Both the position numbers and the translations under genes were made by a program. The notes under the pieces are model-generated. The model was not told the DNA's origin, made no database searches, and saw only the letters and a program-made list of their open reading frames with translations. Below, in pieces: positions 26,166-34,775 of a DNA stretch of 49,720 nt. The stretch is from a virus. Its lineage: Duplodnaviria; Caudoviricetes. Within the stretch, counting starts at the first letter, position 1, and the number at the start of each line of letters is the position of its first letter. Where the stretch lies: positions 1 to 49,720 of the IMG/VR virus record IMGVR_UViG_3300044795_000021. One strand, given 5' to 3'.

Positions 26166-26840
26166 TCAGGCGGCCAGACCCTTGAGAGAGGCCTTGAGAG
26201 CAGCCGTGTCCACGTGAGTCGCCTTCGCGGCCTTCGCGGCCTCAATGGCGTCTACGAGCGGCTTGATCTCCGGGTCCATTCTCAATTGCTGTTTTTGCTG
26301 CGGAGACCAGTCGCGGATGTGGTCTCGGACTTCCTGCGCAGTGCGCCCGGTGAACTCCATCAGGGCCTGGAGCAGGACCGAGGTGCCAGCCATCCCGCCG
26401 CCGACTCGGGCCTTCGCCCACTCCCCGCCCATGAGTCGCTCATGGAGGCGGTCGGTGGTCTCTGCCCAGTCGTCGAGGTCCGGAGCGTCCTCGCCGGCGA
26501 GTTCGTCTCCGTACTTCTGCTTGCCGCCGTGGCCGGTGAAGCGGAGCGCGAGCGCCGGATTCAGTGGGTACGTGCGCGTGGCTCCATTCCGAAAGTCCAT
26601 CCGAATGGCCAGATCGTTGATGGTGATACCGGCGAGCTGCTCGTTGGTCAGGTCATCCAGCACCTGCCACTCGCCGCTCGGGAGGCGAGCCATCACGTCC
26701 TTGTAGAAGCGGGCCTTGCCGACGAACTCGACTTCGCGCCCGTCGGTCATCGTGACCTTCTCGGCGTCTCGCTCTTTCTTGCCGCTGGCCTTGCCGGCGG
26801 GCGCAGTGGGAACTGCGACTTCTGCTGCGATTGCGTTCAT
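26166..26840 (-). CDS. Conserved-looking phage hypothetical protein (paralog of 34113-34775)
   Basis: AGGAG RBS; own promoter; C-terminal half aligns with the 34113 protein. Confidence 0.75.
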   Translation of the reverse strand: MNAIAAEVAVPTAPAGKASGKKERDAEKVTMTDGREVEFVGKARFYKDVMARLPSGEWQVLDDLTNEQLAGITINDLAIRMDFRNGATRTYPLNPALALRFTGHGGKQKYGDELAGEDAPDLDDWAETTDRLHERLMGGEWAKARVGGGMAGTSVLLQALMEFTGRTAQEVRDHIRDWSPQQKQQLRMDPEIKPLVDAIEAAKAAKATHVDTAALKASLKGLAA

Positions 26841-26915
26841 CTGGGATCTATCTCCTCTGAGAGTGCCGGCCCCTTTATCGGGCGGCGGGCCGGTCAAATT
26901 CCGCATTGCAGGCGT

Positions 26916-26944
26916 ATGATGGCACAACGCGGGGCGCGTGTCAA
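26916..26944 (-). promoter_or_regulatory. Sigma70-like promoter
   Basis: TTGACA-N17-CATCAT with TG at the extended -10 position. Confidence 0.7.
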
Positions 26945-27051
26945 CACCTCTATACGGTCAATCAGATGGCGGGTCGGACTCTTCCTGTTCGTTGAAGGCC
27001 GGAGGGCACGACTCGTCGTCATCCCCTCCGGGGTCCGAGAGCCAGTCTGGA

Positions 27052-27303
27052 TCAGTCGTCGTCACCACGCTCCGCCTGTTCGGCTGTCACCCTGGCGTAG
27101 AACTGCTCGAAGGTCTCCCCTTGAGAGTTCCGCTCCGGGATGGGAGGGCCGCCTCGCACATTCTGAACAGCCCGCATCCAGCCTTCAAAGTTCCATGTTT
27201 GGTAGTACTTGGCGGCGGCCTGGACATTCCCCCGCCACCGCTCAGACCACCCCGGGTCTAGCTCGTCGAGGACTTCCTCGAGAGTCGGGTCGCTGGTGCT
27301 CAT
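27052..27303 (-). CDS. Hypothetical protein
   Basis: MSTSDPTLEE...; ATGA-coupled to the upstream ORF. Confidence 0.55.
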   Translation of the reverse strand: MSTSDPTLEEVLDELDPGWSERWRGNVQAAAKYYQTWNFEGWMRAVQNVRGGPPIPERNSQGETFEQFYARVTAEQAERGDDD

Positions 27304-27479
27304 TCTTCGTTCACATCCTCTGCTTCGTAAGAAGTGTCCTCCGGCTCCCACTCAAAGGAGCTGTCGTCCTTCTCGCACTTCGCCACGGCCTTCTCGCTGG
27401 CCTCGTCTTCGTCGCTGGCGGAGATGGCGATCTCGGCGGTGGCGGTGACAGTACGGGTGATCTTGACTATGTATTTCAT
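27300..27479 (-). CDS. Small acidic hypothetical protein
   Basis: GAGGAG RBS; MKYIVKITRTVTATAEIAISASDEDEASEKA. Confidence 0.65.
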   Translation of the reverse strand: MKYIVKITRTVTATAEIAISASDEDEASEKAVAKCEKDDSSFEWEPEDTSYEAEDVNEE

Positions 27480-27712
27480 CGGCTTGGCTCCTCGTAGAAC
27501 GCCCGGTACTCGGGCTTGATAAATCGGAACTGTTGCTCGTAGACGGCGTGAGAGATCCGCTCCAGCCACTCCTCCGAGTGGGGAGCGCCGTGCAGAGCGC
27601 CGTGGCAGTAGCACCGGCACTCGGGGTGCTCGGCCGCCGAGCAGCTTTCGGCGGCTCGGAGGATGAGCGCGAGAGTGGCTTCGCGGGTGCGGAGTCCTGG
27701 CGGGCGCTTCAT
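27476..27712 (-). CDS. Small Cys/His (metal-binding) protein
   Basis: C...ECRCYCHGALHG; ATGA coupling. Confidence 0.65.
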   Translation of the reverse strand: MKRPPGLRTREATLALILRAAESCSAAEHPECRCYCHGALHGAPHSEEWLERISHAVYEQQFRFIKPEYRAFYEEPSR

Positions 27713-27945
27713 GGGCGGTAGCTCCCTTTGCTGATGCTCTGGAGTGTCTGGTAGTAGTTGATTCCCTTCTCGGTGAGGGTCCAGATGCGCTTGCCGTCTG
27801 CGTCGAGCGACTCCACGATCATGCCTTCCGAGATGAGCTGAGCGGCGGCTTGGTCCACCCTCCGCTTCAGCTCGGCCTTTCGTTCGCGCTCTCGGCGCAC
27901 CATCTCTGCAGCCGCCTTGAGCTGCTCGGGTGTGGCGTACTTCAT
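27709..27945 (-). CDS. Small protein, winged-helix-like C-terminus
   Basis: QLISEGMIVE...WTLTEKG wing motif; AAGGAG RBS. Confidence 0.6.
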   Translation of the reverse strand: MKYATPEQLKAAAEMVRRERERKAELKRRVDQAAAQLISEGMIVESLDADGKRIWTLTEKGINYYQTLQSISKGSYRP

Positions 27946-29459
27946 CGCCGGTCTCCTTTCGTTCCGTAGGTCAGTGTATCTCTTGCTCGGGTGATGGCAA
28001 CGTAGCGAAGATTCGCTTCCTGCTGCAGCGCTTCTGGCTCCTTAATCCACCAGCCCGGCACGAGGTCCGGGCGGAGGAAGAACACATGGTCGGCCTCCAG
28101 CCCTTTGGCCTTGTGTATTGTGCTGAACAGAGGCCCAGAGCGACCTTCAGAAAGTTGGCGAATGACACTTAGAACCTCCTCGGTGGTCTTGAAGCCCTCG
28201 GCCAGGCTCCGAACGGTGTCGGCCTTGTCTTGGAGCGCGGCGACTTTCCAGTCCATGCCCTTGCTCTGCGCAGCAGAGGTCTCCTTCTCGAGCCAGCGGT
28301 CCACCTTCGCCAGCAGGAGGAAGGCGTCCTGCGTCCGGAAGCGGCGGACGAAGCTGGCGAGGCCCTCCAGAGCGTTTGAGAGGACGCGGCAGGGCTGCCG
28401 GGCGCGGACTTGCCGCATGACGGCTGCCATGAGGGGGGCGTTGTTCCGGCAGACGATCAGCTCGTTGTCTCGGGTGAAGAGAGCGGGATCGGCGGCGGGC
28501 TCCTGGCCGGTCGACTGGCAGTGGGCTTCGCGCCAGTAGACCGCGCCCTCGGGAGCGCCGGGCCGCGCCTGAATGTGGGGGACGAGCGCTTGCGCTTCGC
28601 GTACGACGGAGAGCGGGCAGCGGTAGGTGATCGAGAGCGGCAGCTCGGTCATCCCGAAGTGCTCCTTCAGAAGGTCCAAGCTGTTGAAGAGAGCGCCGCG
28701 GAAGCCGTAGATGGACTGGTTCCGGTCGCCCACTGCCACCACCAGAGCGCCGGCGTCCCGGAGCTTGCCAAGCATGAGGTGCTGGATGCGGTTCAGATCC
28801 TGCGCCTCGTCTATCAGAACGGTGCCGAAGGCAGGGAAGTCCCAATCCCGGTAGATGGGCCAATAGAGCTGGTCCGTGAAGTCGTACATGGGATCGAAGA
28901 GACCGGCGTTGAACACCTTCGAGGTCCAGTGGGCTACGGCGGGAACGTCGCTGTCGTCGATATCCCAGTCGCCGGCGGAGATGAACCGCTCGAAGTCGCT
29001 CGCATTGACCTCTTGCTCGAGGCCCAGGCCGGAGTTCTTAGCCGCCTCGATGATGCGGCCGATGGTGTAGCCGAAGGCGCGCCGGAGATGATCCGGAACC
29101 AGCGCCTCGATCAGCCGCTCGTTCTTCTTGGCGTCGAGCCGCGTCTGTGGGGCTGGCTTGTTCGAGAGGCAGAGCCGGTTGCCGAGAGCATTCAGAGTGA
29201 GGGAGTCGCCCTGCTGGAGCTTGCTCCTGGTCTCCTCGGCGATGGAGCGGTTGAAGGCGAGAAAGAGGACCGGACCCTGCGCGAAGCGGCTGCCGTGGAC
29301 GATAGTGGTGGTCTTGGCGCAGCCGGCGACACCTTGGATGAGGAGCGGCTGGGCGCTCTTCTGAATGGCGTCGTAGATTGCTAGCTGGAGATCGCTCCAG
29401 CGGAGCTGGTCCTCCACGTTCTGGGAGAGGATGGGATCGGGAGTTGGCGAGTCGTTCAT
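27942..29459 (-). CDS. UvrD/Rep-like superfamily 1 helicase
   Basis: GVAGCAKTT, LIDEAQD, VGDRNQSIYGFRGA, TYRCP, STIHKAKGLE, YVAITRAR. Confidence 0.93.
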   Translation of the reverse strand: MNDSPTPDPILSQNVEDQLRWSDLQLAIYDAIQKSAQPLLIQGVAGCAKTTTIVHGSRFAQGPVLFLAFNRSIAEETRSKLQQGDSLTLNALGNRLCLSNKPAPQTRLDAKKNERLIEALVPDHLRRAFGYTIGRIIEAAKNSGLGLEQEVNASDFERFISAGDWDIDDSDVPAVAHWTSKVFNAGLFDPMYDFTDQLYWPIYRDWDFPAFGTVLIDEAQDLNRIQHLMLGKLRDAGALVVAVGDRNQSIYGFRGALFNSLDLLKEHFGMTELPLSITYRCPLSVVREAQALVPHIQARPGAPEGAVYWREAHCQSTGQEPAADPALFTRDNELIVCRNNAPLMAAVMRQVRARQPCRVLSNALEGLASFVRRFRTQDAFLLLAKVDRWLEKETSAAQSKGMDWKVAALQDKADTVRSLAEGFKTTEEVLSVIRQLSEGRSGPLFSTIHKAKGLEADHVFFLRPDLVPGWWIKEPEALQQEANLRYVAITRARDTLTYGTKGDRR

Positions 29460-29469
29460 GGGATACCTC

Positions 29470-29649
29470 TCAGGGAGTGGTTGGGATCTGGAGGGTGATG
29501 GTGAGCATGCCGAAGCGCCCGTCGTAGTACCGCTGCGGCTCGTTGGGAGGCGGCGGGTCGGCGCCTAGGAGCGTCTGGAGAACGTCGCTTGGCGCTAGCA
29601 TGATGAAGCGGCCGTCCTCGTCTACGACGGAATAGAGAATCTCGGACAT
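29470..29649 (-). CDS. Small hypothetical protein (59 aa)
   Basis: GGAGG RBS; MSEILYSVVDEDGRF...; read by hand. Confidence 0.55.
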   Translation of the reverse strand: MSEILYSVVDEDGRFIMLAPSDVLQTLLGADPPPPNEPQRYYDGRFGMLTITLQIPTTP

Positions 29650-29664
29650 ATGTCTGCCTCCGAT

Positions 29665-29704
29665 GCAGACTCCCGCCCCTCGTCCTTGTATCGCGGGAGT
29701 CTGC
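29665..29704. other. 12-bp inverted repeat upstream of an RBS
   Basis: GCAGACTCCCGC...GCGGGAGTCTGC. Confidence 0.65.
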
Positions 29705-29755
29705 CGTTGTGGCCTGCCATCCTTCGAATGTATGCGGCGCGTTAGAGGGGCGGCG

Positions 29756-30196
29756 CTAGCCGCACTGGATCTCGTAGACGTTCTCTTCCACCTCCACCTT
29801 CTTGGTCCCGATCAGAACGCGCTTGCAGACCGTGGAGGAGAAGACGAAGCAGAGCTTGGTCCCGTCCCAGTCGGGCCGGCGCTCGCCGTACTCGTTGATC
29901 TTCTGATTCCGCCAGATGGTCGAGAAGTACGTCTGCTTTTGGGCATCCTTCGGACGGTGCTCGGTGTTGAGACCGGAAGCGCGCAGCGCCCGCCAGACCT
30001 GTCGGAGGAGCAGCGTGCCGCCGGAGGCTCGGAGGTTGATCCAGCCGGACTGCAGCTCAAAGTCCACGGAGACCTGATCACCGAGCGCCTCGAGCTGCTG
30101 CCAGAGGTTGGCATACGTCTGGACGGCGTGGTCGAAGTTGAGCAGGTTGCGATCGGCGTTCTCTTGCGCTTCGCGGAGCGAGTCTTGAATCTTCAT
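29756..30196 (-). CDS. Hypothetical protein
   Basis: AAGGAG RBS; ends CKRVLIGTKKVEVEENVYEIQCG. Confidence 0.65.
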   Translation of the reverse strand: MKIQDSLREAQENADRNLLNFDHAVQTYANLWQQLEALGDQVSVDFELQSGWINLRASGGTLLLRQVWRALRASGLNTEHRPKDAQKQTYFSTIWRNQKINEYGERRPDWDGTKLCFVFSSTVCKRVLIGTKKVEVEENVYEIQCG

Positions 30197-30276
30197 GGAA
30201 TCTCCTTTGCGATCAGGTAGACGACCAGGACAATCAGCCAAATGCCGATCGTCAGATGAAAGAGGGAGCGGATCAC
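30193..30276 (-). CDS. Small TM peptide (27 aa)
   Basis: VIRSLFHLTIGIWLIVLVVYLIAKEIP; 4-nt overlaps on both sides. Confidence 0.5.
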   Translation of the reverse strand: MIRSLFHLTIGIWLIVLVVYLIAKEIP

Positions 30277-30524
30277 GTGCCCCACTCCGCCGGCACGAGG
30301 TCGGGGTAGTTCAGCCGGAACCACTCGCGGGTGTCGGGGTTCTCTACGCCTCGGAGCGTGCGCCAGCCGGTGGCTCCGGACTTGTAGATGGCGTCGATGG
30401 GAGCGCGATCGTCGGCGGCGTGGGCCTGCTCCATCTCGATGTAGTAGTCGTAGGAGCGGAGCATACGGCCCCACGCTGCGATGGCGCGGTAGTCGGACGG
30501 TTGGGTGTGGATGATCTCAGTCAT
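30273..30524 (-). CDS. Hypothetical protein
   Basis: Preceded by AACCAGGAGACTCGCACCA. Confidence 0.65.
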   Translation of the reverse strand: MTEIIHTQPSDYRAIAAWGRMLRSYDYYIEMEQAHAADDRAPIDAIYKSGATGWRTLRGVENPDTREWFRLNYPDLVPAEWGT

Positions 30525-30729
30525 TGGTGCGAGTCTCCTGGTTGGGAAGCGGATTCACGTCGTCTGGGTACACATCTATGATGTGCTGAAGGATAACGCA
30601 GTCGATCAGGTTGGCGATATCTCTTCGCTTGTCCCAGTCGATCCGCGTACAGGGATCGTTGAGCAGCTTGGAGATGCCGCGGAGCTTTTCGACTTGCTCG
30701 GGCGCAAGCAGGTAGCCGACTGGCTTCAT
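30517..30729 (-). CDS. Hypothetical protein
   Basis: GGAGG RBS; MKPVGYLLAPEQ. Confidence 0.55.
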   Translation of the reverse strand: MKPVGYLLAPEQVEKLRGISKLLNDPCTRIDWDKRRDIANLIDCVILQHIIDVYPDDVNPLPNQETRTND

Positions 30730-31247
30730 TTGTTCGCCTCCAGGACGGTTTGCCGGATCAAGGAAGCTATTATACGCGGGTCGCCGGCGGCTGGCAACGG
30801 GTCTTTGCCGGTTCGAAGCGCCAAGATCGAGGCCTTCTCGGGGGAGACCGGCAGGTCGAGGCTGCGATCGGGCCGGAGGCTGGCGTGCAGGCGGCGAATG
30901 CCGGCAGCCCACTCCTCCGGAGGCTGGCGTGTCGGTTCTGGCTCCGGCGGTCGGCCGAGCCGTTCGAAGAGCCGGGCCTGGCTCTCGGCCAAGACGGAGG
31001 CCGGCGGTTCGCCCGCAGCGCTTCGCGCTGCGCCGAAGGCGGCTTCGAGTTCCTCGTCTGTCAGAGTGGGCTTGAATGCCTTCCAGGCCTCGTTCCGGAC
31101 GATCCGGCCGATCTGGGTGATAGAGTAGCCGGAGATGGCGGCGAGCTGGCGCTGGGTCGCTCCGCGCTCGTACAGCTCTCTGATCTTCAGGATGACCTCC
31201 GGCCGGCTGTGGGCGGCTCGGAAGTTACCGTGGGCGAACTTCGTCAT
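30726..31247 (-). CDS. Helix-turn-helix DNA-binding protein
   Basis: IRELYERGATQRQLAAISGYSITQIGRIVRNEAW; AGGAG RBS; operator palindrome immediately upstream. Confidence 0.75.
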   Translation of the reverse strand: MTKFAHGNFRAAHSRPEVILKIRELYERGATQRQLAAISGYSITQIGRIVRNEAWKAFKPTLTDEELEAAFGAARSAAGEPPASVLAESQARLFERLGRPPEPEPTRQPPEEWAAGIRRLHASLRPDRSLDLPVSPEKASILALRTGKDPLPAAGDPRIIASLIRQTVLEANK

Positions 31248-31260
31248 CGACGTGCTCCTG

Positions 31261-31275
31261 TTATATGGCCTATAA
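31261..31275. promoter_or_regulatory. Operator-like palindrome TTATA-N5-TATAA (copy 3)
   Basis: TTATAtggccTATAA, 13 bp upstream of the HTH gene start. Confidence 0.7.
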
Positions 31276-31332
31276 TGCGACCAAGAAATCAGCCTCGGAG
31301 GGCCGGCTGTCCGGCCCTCCTGAGCTGCCTCC

Positions 31333-31575
31333 TCAGGCCTCGCCTGCGCTGTACCAGAGCAGCGAGATGGTGTCTGCCAGCTTGTAGCCCAACTCCTTAG
31401 GGTCCATGTCCGCAGTGATCGGGCCACAGAGCGCGTAACGGCGCTCCCGGTGGGCGGAGGCGAGCCGGCGGCCCTCTACCTGCCCCTCAGCCTCCGTGTC
31501 GTAGACGTGGAGGAACTTGGGCTCCGCGCCCTCGGCTCCTTCGATCAAGATCCAGACCTTGTCGGCCTTGGCCAT
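31333..31575 (-). CDS. Hypothetical protein
   Basis: 80 aa; TGATG coupling. Confidence 0.6.
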   Translation of the reverse strand: MAKADKVWILIEGAEGAEPKFLHVYDTEAEGQVEGRRLASAHRERRYALCGPITADMDPKELGYKLADTISLLWYSAGEA

Positions 31576-31961
31576 CAGAGCTCTCCCGACCCGGAGACGT
31601 GGTCGACCAGATAGCGGCCGATAGCGGTGTCCGACCAGAAGGGGTCGGAGTCGAACTCTGACGAGAACTCCTCCTGCGTGGTGTGGGGAGGGCAGCGCCA
31701 GATGCCGTTCTCATCCTTGAGCGGCTCGAAAGCGTAGCTCAGCCCCCGGCTATCCACGTCGATAGTGACGCGGCAGCCTCTCCAATAGATGATGACTTCC
31801 TGCAGAGAGGGCTGGTCGGTGGAGCAGCTGGAGTGCCAGATGTGCGGCTTCTGGAGCGCCGCCAGGCGGGCTTCGAGCTTGGCGGCCTGGCGCTCTAAAG
31901 CGTCCATCCTGGTCTGGATGCGATCGAAGTCGACGATCTTGAAGGGGAGTTGGTCAGACAT
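31575..31961 (-). CDS. Hypothetical protein
   Basis: 128 aa; AGGAG RBS. Confidence 0.6.
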   Translation of the reverse strand: MSDQLPFKIVDFDRIQTRMDALERQAAKLEARLAALQKPHIWHSSCSTDQPSLQEVIIYWRGCRVTIDVDSRGLSYAFEPLKDENGIWRCPPHTTQEEFSSEFDSDPFWSDTAIGRYLVDHVSGSGEL

Positions 31962-31965
31962 TGGG

Positions 31966-32202
31966 TTACTCCTGTGCGTCGCGGAAGAATTGATCGCGCT
32001 TCTCGTTCCATATCTTCGTGACGAGCTGCTTCAGCTCGAGCCAGTCCTCGTACGCCACGGAGGCGTACTCGAGGGTGGCTTCCGGGAAGCGGTCGTGGTG
32101 GCGGAGAGCATAGTCCAAGACCTCGAGAGAGGAGTTGATGATGCGCTCTACGCTATTGGTCAGGACCGCGTGGCGTTCGGCTGGTGTGTATTCGAAGGCC
32201 AT
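31966..32202 (-). CDS. Hypothetical protein
   Basis: 78 aa; TAATG coupling. Confidence 0.6.
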   Translation of the reverse strand: MAFEYTPAERHAVLTNSVERIINSSLEVLDYALRHHDRFPEATLEYASVAYEDWLELKQLVTKIWNEKRDQFFRDAQE

Positions 32203-32399
32203 TAGTCGGGCACTCCTGCGATGTCGAAGAAGCGGCGGGCGTCTGCGTCGGACATGGGCTGGAGTCGGGAGACGGCGGAGCAGACTTCGTACCAGGCGGA
32301 GCGGAGACGGCCGTCAGGGATCACGCGGGTGCCTGGGAGAGTGGCGGGCCGGATGTCGCGGAGCGCCCGTGCGAGCTGATGCTGGGTCAGAGTGAGCAT
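32202..32399 (-). CDS. Hypothetical protein
   Basis: AACCAGGAG RBS. Confidence 0.6.
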   Translation of the reverse strand: MLTLTQHQLARALRDIRPATLPGTRVIPDGRLRSAWYEVCSAVSRLQPMSDADARRFFDIAGVPD

Positions 32400-32414
32400 G
32401 GGGGGATCTCCTGG

Positions 32415-32498
32415 TTAGGAAAGCCAGAGGCCGAGGAGCATAAGCGCCATGCCGGCTGCGCCGGTGGCGAGGATGAGGAGTTTGAAGAGGATCAGCAT
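32415..32498 (-). CDS. Small hydrophobic peptide (27 aa)
   Basis: AACCAGGAG RBS; MLILFKLLILATGAAGMALMLLGLWLS. Confidence 0.55.
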   Translation of the reverse strand: MLILFKLLILATGAAGMALMLLGLWLS

Positions 32499-32554
32499 TG
32501 TTGTCTCCTGGTTGTGGGAGGGGGCCGTCGTCGGCCCCCCGCCCGGGTTGGCTC

Positions 32555-32761
32555 CTAGCGGATGGAGATGGAGGCGATCAAGTCGCGGAGCTGATCTCTG
32601 TAGAGCAGCACCGCTATCCGCACCACAGTCGGGTCGCCGTGGTAATTGCGGAAAGACTTGATGGGCAGCTCCGATGCCATATCCTTCAGCTCTTGGCAGG
32701 CGGTCTCAAAGGACCGGGTGTTGCTGTCTTGATCGTATGTAGAGACGGGCATGTTAGCCAT
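32555..32761 (-). CDS. Hypothetical protein
   Basis: Preceded by GGAGGACTCGCATCA. Confidence 0.6.
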   Translation of the reverse strand: MANMPVSTYDQDSNTRSFETACQELKDMASELPIKSFRNYHGDPTVVRIAVLLYRDQLRDLIASISIR

Positions 32762-32791
32762 TGATGCGAGTCCTCCGTTGGTGGAAAGTCC

Positions 32792-32833
32792 ACCCCATTA
32801 CGCTCTCCGGCTATCCGAAGAGCGCAACGGGGT
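32792..32833 (-). other. 19-bp RNA hairpin (with G-U pairs on the minus strand), RNase III-site-like
   Basis: ACCCCGUUGCGCUCUUCGG-AUAG-CCGGAGAGCGUAAUGGGGU. Confidence 0.65.
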
Positions 32834-32839
32834 CGGGCT

Positions 32840-33019
32840 TTAGAGCCGGGGGCCGATGAGGGTTGGCTCCGCCTCGGGCCGGTGGAGTTCCAGCCAGACG
32901 TTCCACATCTTGGCGGCGTTCCGAGACCAGGTGAAGGCCTCGACGAAGTCAGAGAAGGCGCGGATGGGCTGGTCGCCGGCGGTGCGGGGCAGCTCGAAGA
33001 TGAGGATTTGCTCTTTCAC
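32840..33019 (-). CDS. Small hypothetical protein (59 aa)
   Basis: GGAG RBS plus GTG; (M)KEQILIFELPRTAGD...; read by hand. Confidence 0.5.
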   Translation of the reverse strand: MKEQILIFELPRTAGDQPIRAFSDFVEAFTWSRNAAKMWNVWLELHRPEAEPTLIGPRL

Positions 33020-33222
33020 AGGAGTTCTCCCAGTTTGGAAAGGCGGTGGGGGGAAGAGAGCGCGAACACCTCCCGGTCGGGGGCGGAGTTGGCGAAGGCG
33101 ACGGCCTCATCTTGCGTCTCGAAGGGGCCGACGACGCCGACTACCTCGAGGACGGAGTCGGGATTGCGGGCGTCCGGCGCGATGAAGTCCACCACGACGA
33201 AGGTGACGGTGCGGTTAGCCAT
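33016..33222 (-). CDS. Hypothetical protein
   Basis: VVGPFETQDEAVAFA; GGAGG RBS. Confidence 0.6.
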   Translation of the reverse strand: MANRTVTFVVVDFIAPDARNPDSVLEVVGVVGPFETQDEAVAFANSAPDREVFALSSPHRLSKLGELL

Positions 33223-33421
33223 GATCGTATCCCTCCCCCCGAACGGGGCGCAGTTCGCGGACTTTGCCGGCCAGGACTCCGTGGTCGAGGAGCGCCGTTT
33301 GGAAGACGTGGACCGCGTCCGCCTTGGCGTACGCCAAGGGCGAGATGCGGACCCAACGGCCGTTGCGCTTCTCGAAGATGGAGTAGAGTCGGCGGTGCTG
33401 GTTCGGAATGAAGATGGTCAT
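33215..33421 (-). CDS. Hypothetical protein
   Basis: AACCAGGAG RBS. Confidence 0.6.
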   Translation of the reverse strand: MTIFIPNQHRRLYSIFEKRNGRWVRISPLAYAKADAVHVFQTALLDHGVLAGKVRELRPVRGEGYDHG

Positions 33422-33436
33422 GGGGTTGGCTCCTGG

Positions 33437-33559
33437 TTAGACGGGCTGGCAGTGGTGATAGGCGTCGAGTGCGTCAGCGTACGTCTCGTACCAGCCGATG
33501 ACGCGCTTGCCGACGGACAAGACGTAGAACCCGTACATCTTCACGATTTGGTACTTCAT
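33437..33559 (-). CDS. Small hypothetical protein (40 aa)
   Basis: GGAGACTCGCATCA leader; MKYQIVKMYGFYVLSVG. Confidence 0.6.
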   Translation of the reverse strand: MKYQIVKMYGFYVLSVGKRVIGWYETYADALDAYHHCQPV

Positions 33560-33627
33560 TGATGCGAGTCTCCGAAGTGTTGAAGGTGAGTTGCGAAGCG
33601 GGCGGGCGGACCCCCGGCCCAATCCGG

Positions 33628-33656
33628 ATCATACCGCCCCCGCGCCCGTCTGGCAT
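33628..33656 (-). promoter_or_regulatory. Sigma70-like early promoter
   Basis: ATGCCA-N17-TATGAT upstream of the small-gene cluster. Confidence 0.55.
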
Positions 33657-34112
33657 GGCTCTTCGCCACCTCTACGCGCCCGTCCGTCTGGCTCCTGGCT
33701 GTCCGCTGCCTGTCGTCTGTCGTCCGTACCCGTACGGTTGTTTGGTCCGCGCTCAGGGGAGCCGGGGCCACCGTCTGGGGTTTATAGTAAAAAAAAAATT
33801 AAGAATAAAATCCAGACCCTGAGCTGACCCTCAGCCGGAGGCTCCCTCAGCCGGCGGGCCGGTTCTGGGTGAGGGGGGCAGGCGACCGTGCGCGTACGGT
33901 AGGGCGGAGAGACGGGGGCGCGTGGCAGGCGGCGGGTCGGCTCTGGATGGGGGGGAGCGCTGGCGGGCCGGTTCTGTGATCAGGATTCGTCTGGATTATA
34001 GGAGCGCTCCTGGCGCTCCTCAGATGCCGGGGCGCGTCCTTGCGCCCCCCTGAGCCGAGCGGGGCAGCTTCACAGTCGTTCCGGCTGCGCTGCCCCGCCA
34101 TCTTAGGCTCCT

Positions 34113-34775
34113 TCAGAGATTCAGCAGGCTGGCTTTCAGGTCGGCTGCGCTGCTACCCTCAGCTTCCGCTGACTTCGCTCGCGCTTCTCTGAGCGAATCG
34201 ATCGTGGGCTTCAGGTCCGGGTCCACCATCAGCTTCTCCCGCTCCTTGACCGACATGGAGCGGACGCGCGTCTCCACCTTGTCCAGAGGCTTCTTCCAGA
34301 CGGCCGCGATAGCTTCGATAAGCAGCCGGGTATCGGCGCTGAGGCTGCTGCCTGCGCTCGCCTTCTCCCAGAGTCCGTTTAGGAGTCCAGAGACGGAGTC
34401 ATTGAGCGCTGCCCACTTCGCCTGCGGGCTGGCGCTAACCTTCTTGTCCCCTGAGCCGCTGGTGCTCAGCGCCGCGTCTGCGGTGGGCTTGCGCTGCGCT
34501 CCGAGCGCCATGAACTTCGTCTTTATGTCGGTGCTCAGGTCCGCGTAGCGCATGCTAATCGGAGCCAGAAGGGCCTTCGTCTCGAAGCCCTTGCCGTCTT
34601 TCAGCTTCGCGCCCTTGACGCGGACGAAGAAGGTCGTGCCGTCTGAGTCCTGAGTGTAAGTGATATCACTGTCCCCTCTGAATTTCGGCTCAGCGTTCGG
34701 AGGGAATGTCACGATGGCCGGGGGCGGAGTCTGAGCAGATGCGCTCTGCTCTGGCGTCTTTGATGTTTCGTTCAT
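34113..34775 (-). CDS. Hypothetical protein (paralog of 26166-26840)
   Basis: GGAGACTCGCATC leader; C-terminal alignment with the 26166 protein. Confidence 0.75.
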   Translation of the reverse strand: MNETSKTPEQSASAQTPPPAIVTFPPNAEPKFRGDSDITYTQDSDGTTFFVRVKGAKLKDGKGFETKALLAPISMRYADLSTDIKTKFMALGAQRKPTADAALSTSGSGDKKVSASPQAKWAALNDSVSGLLNGLWEKASAGSSLSADTRLLIEAIAAVWKKPLDKVETRVRSMSVKEREKLMVDPDLKPTIDSLREARAKSAEAEGSSAADLKASLLNL

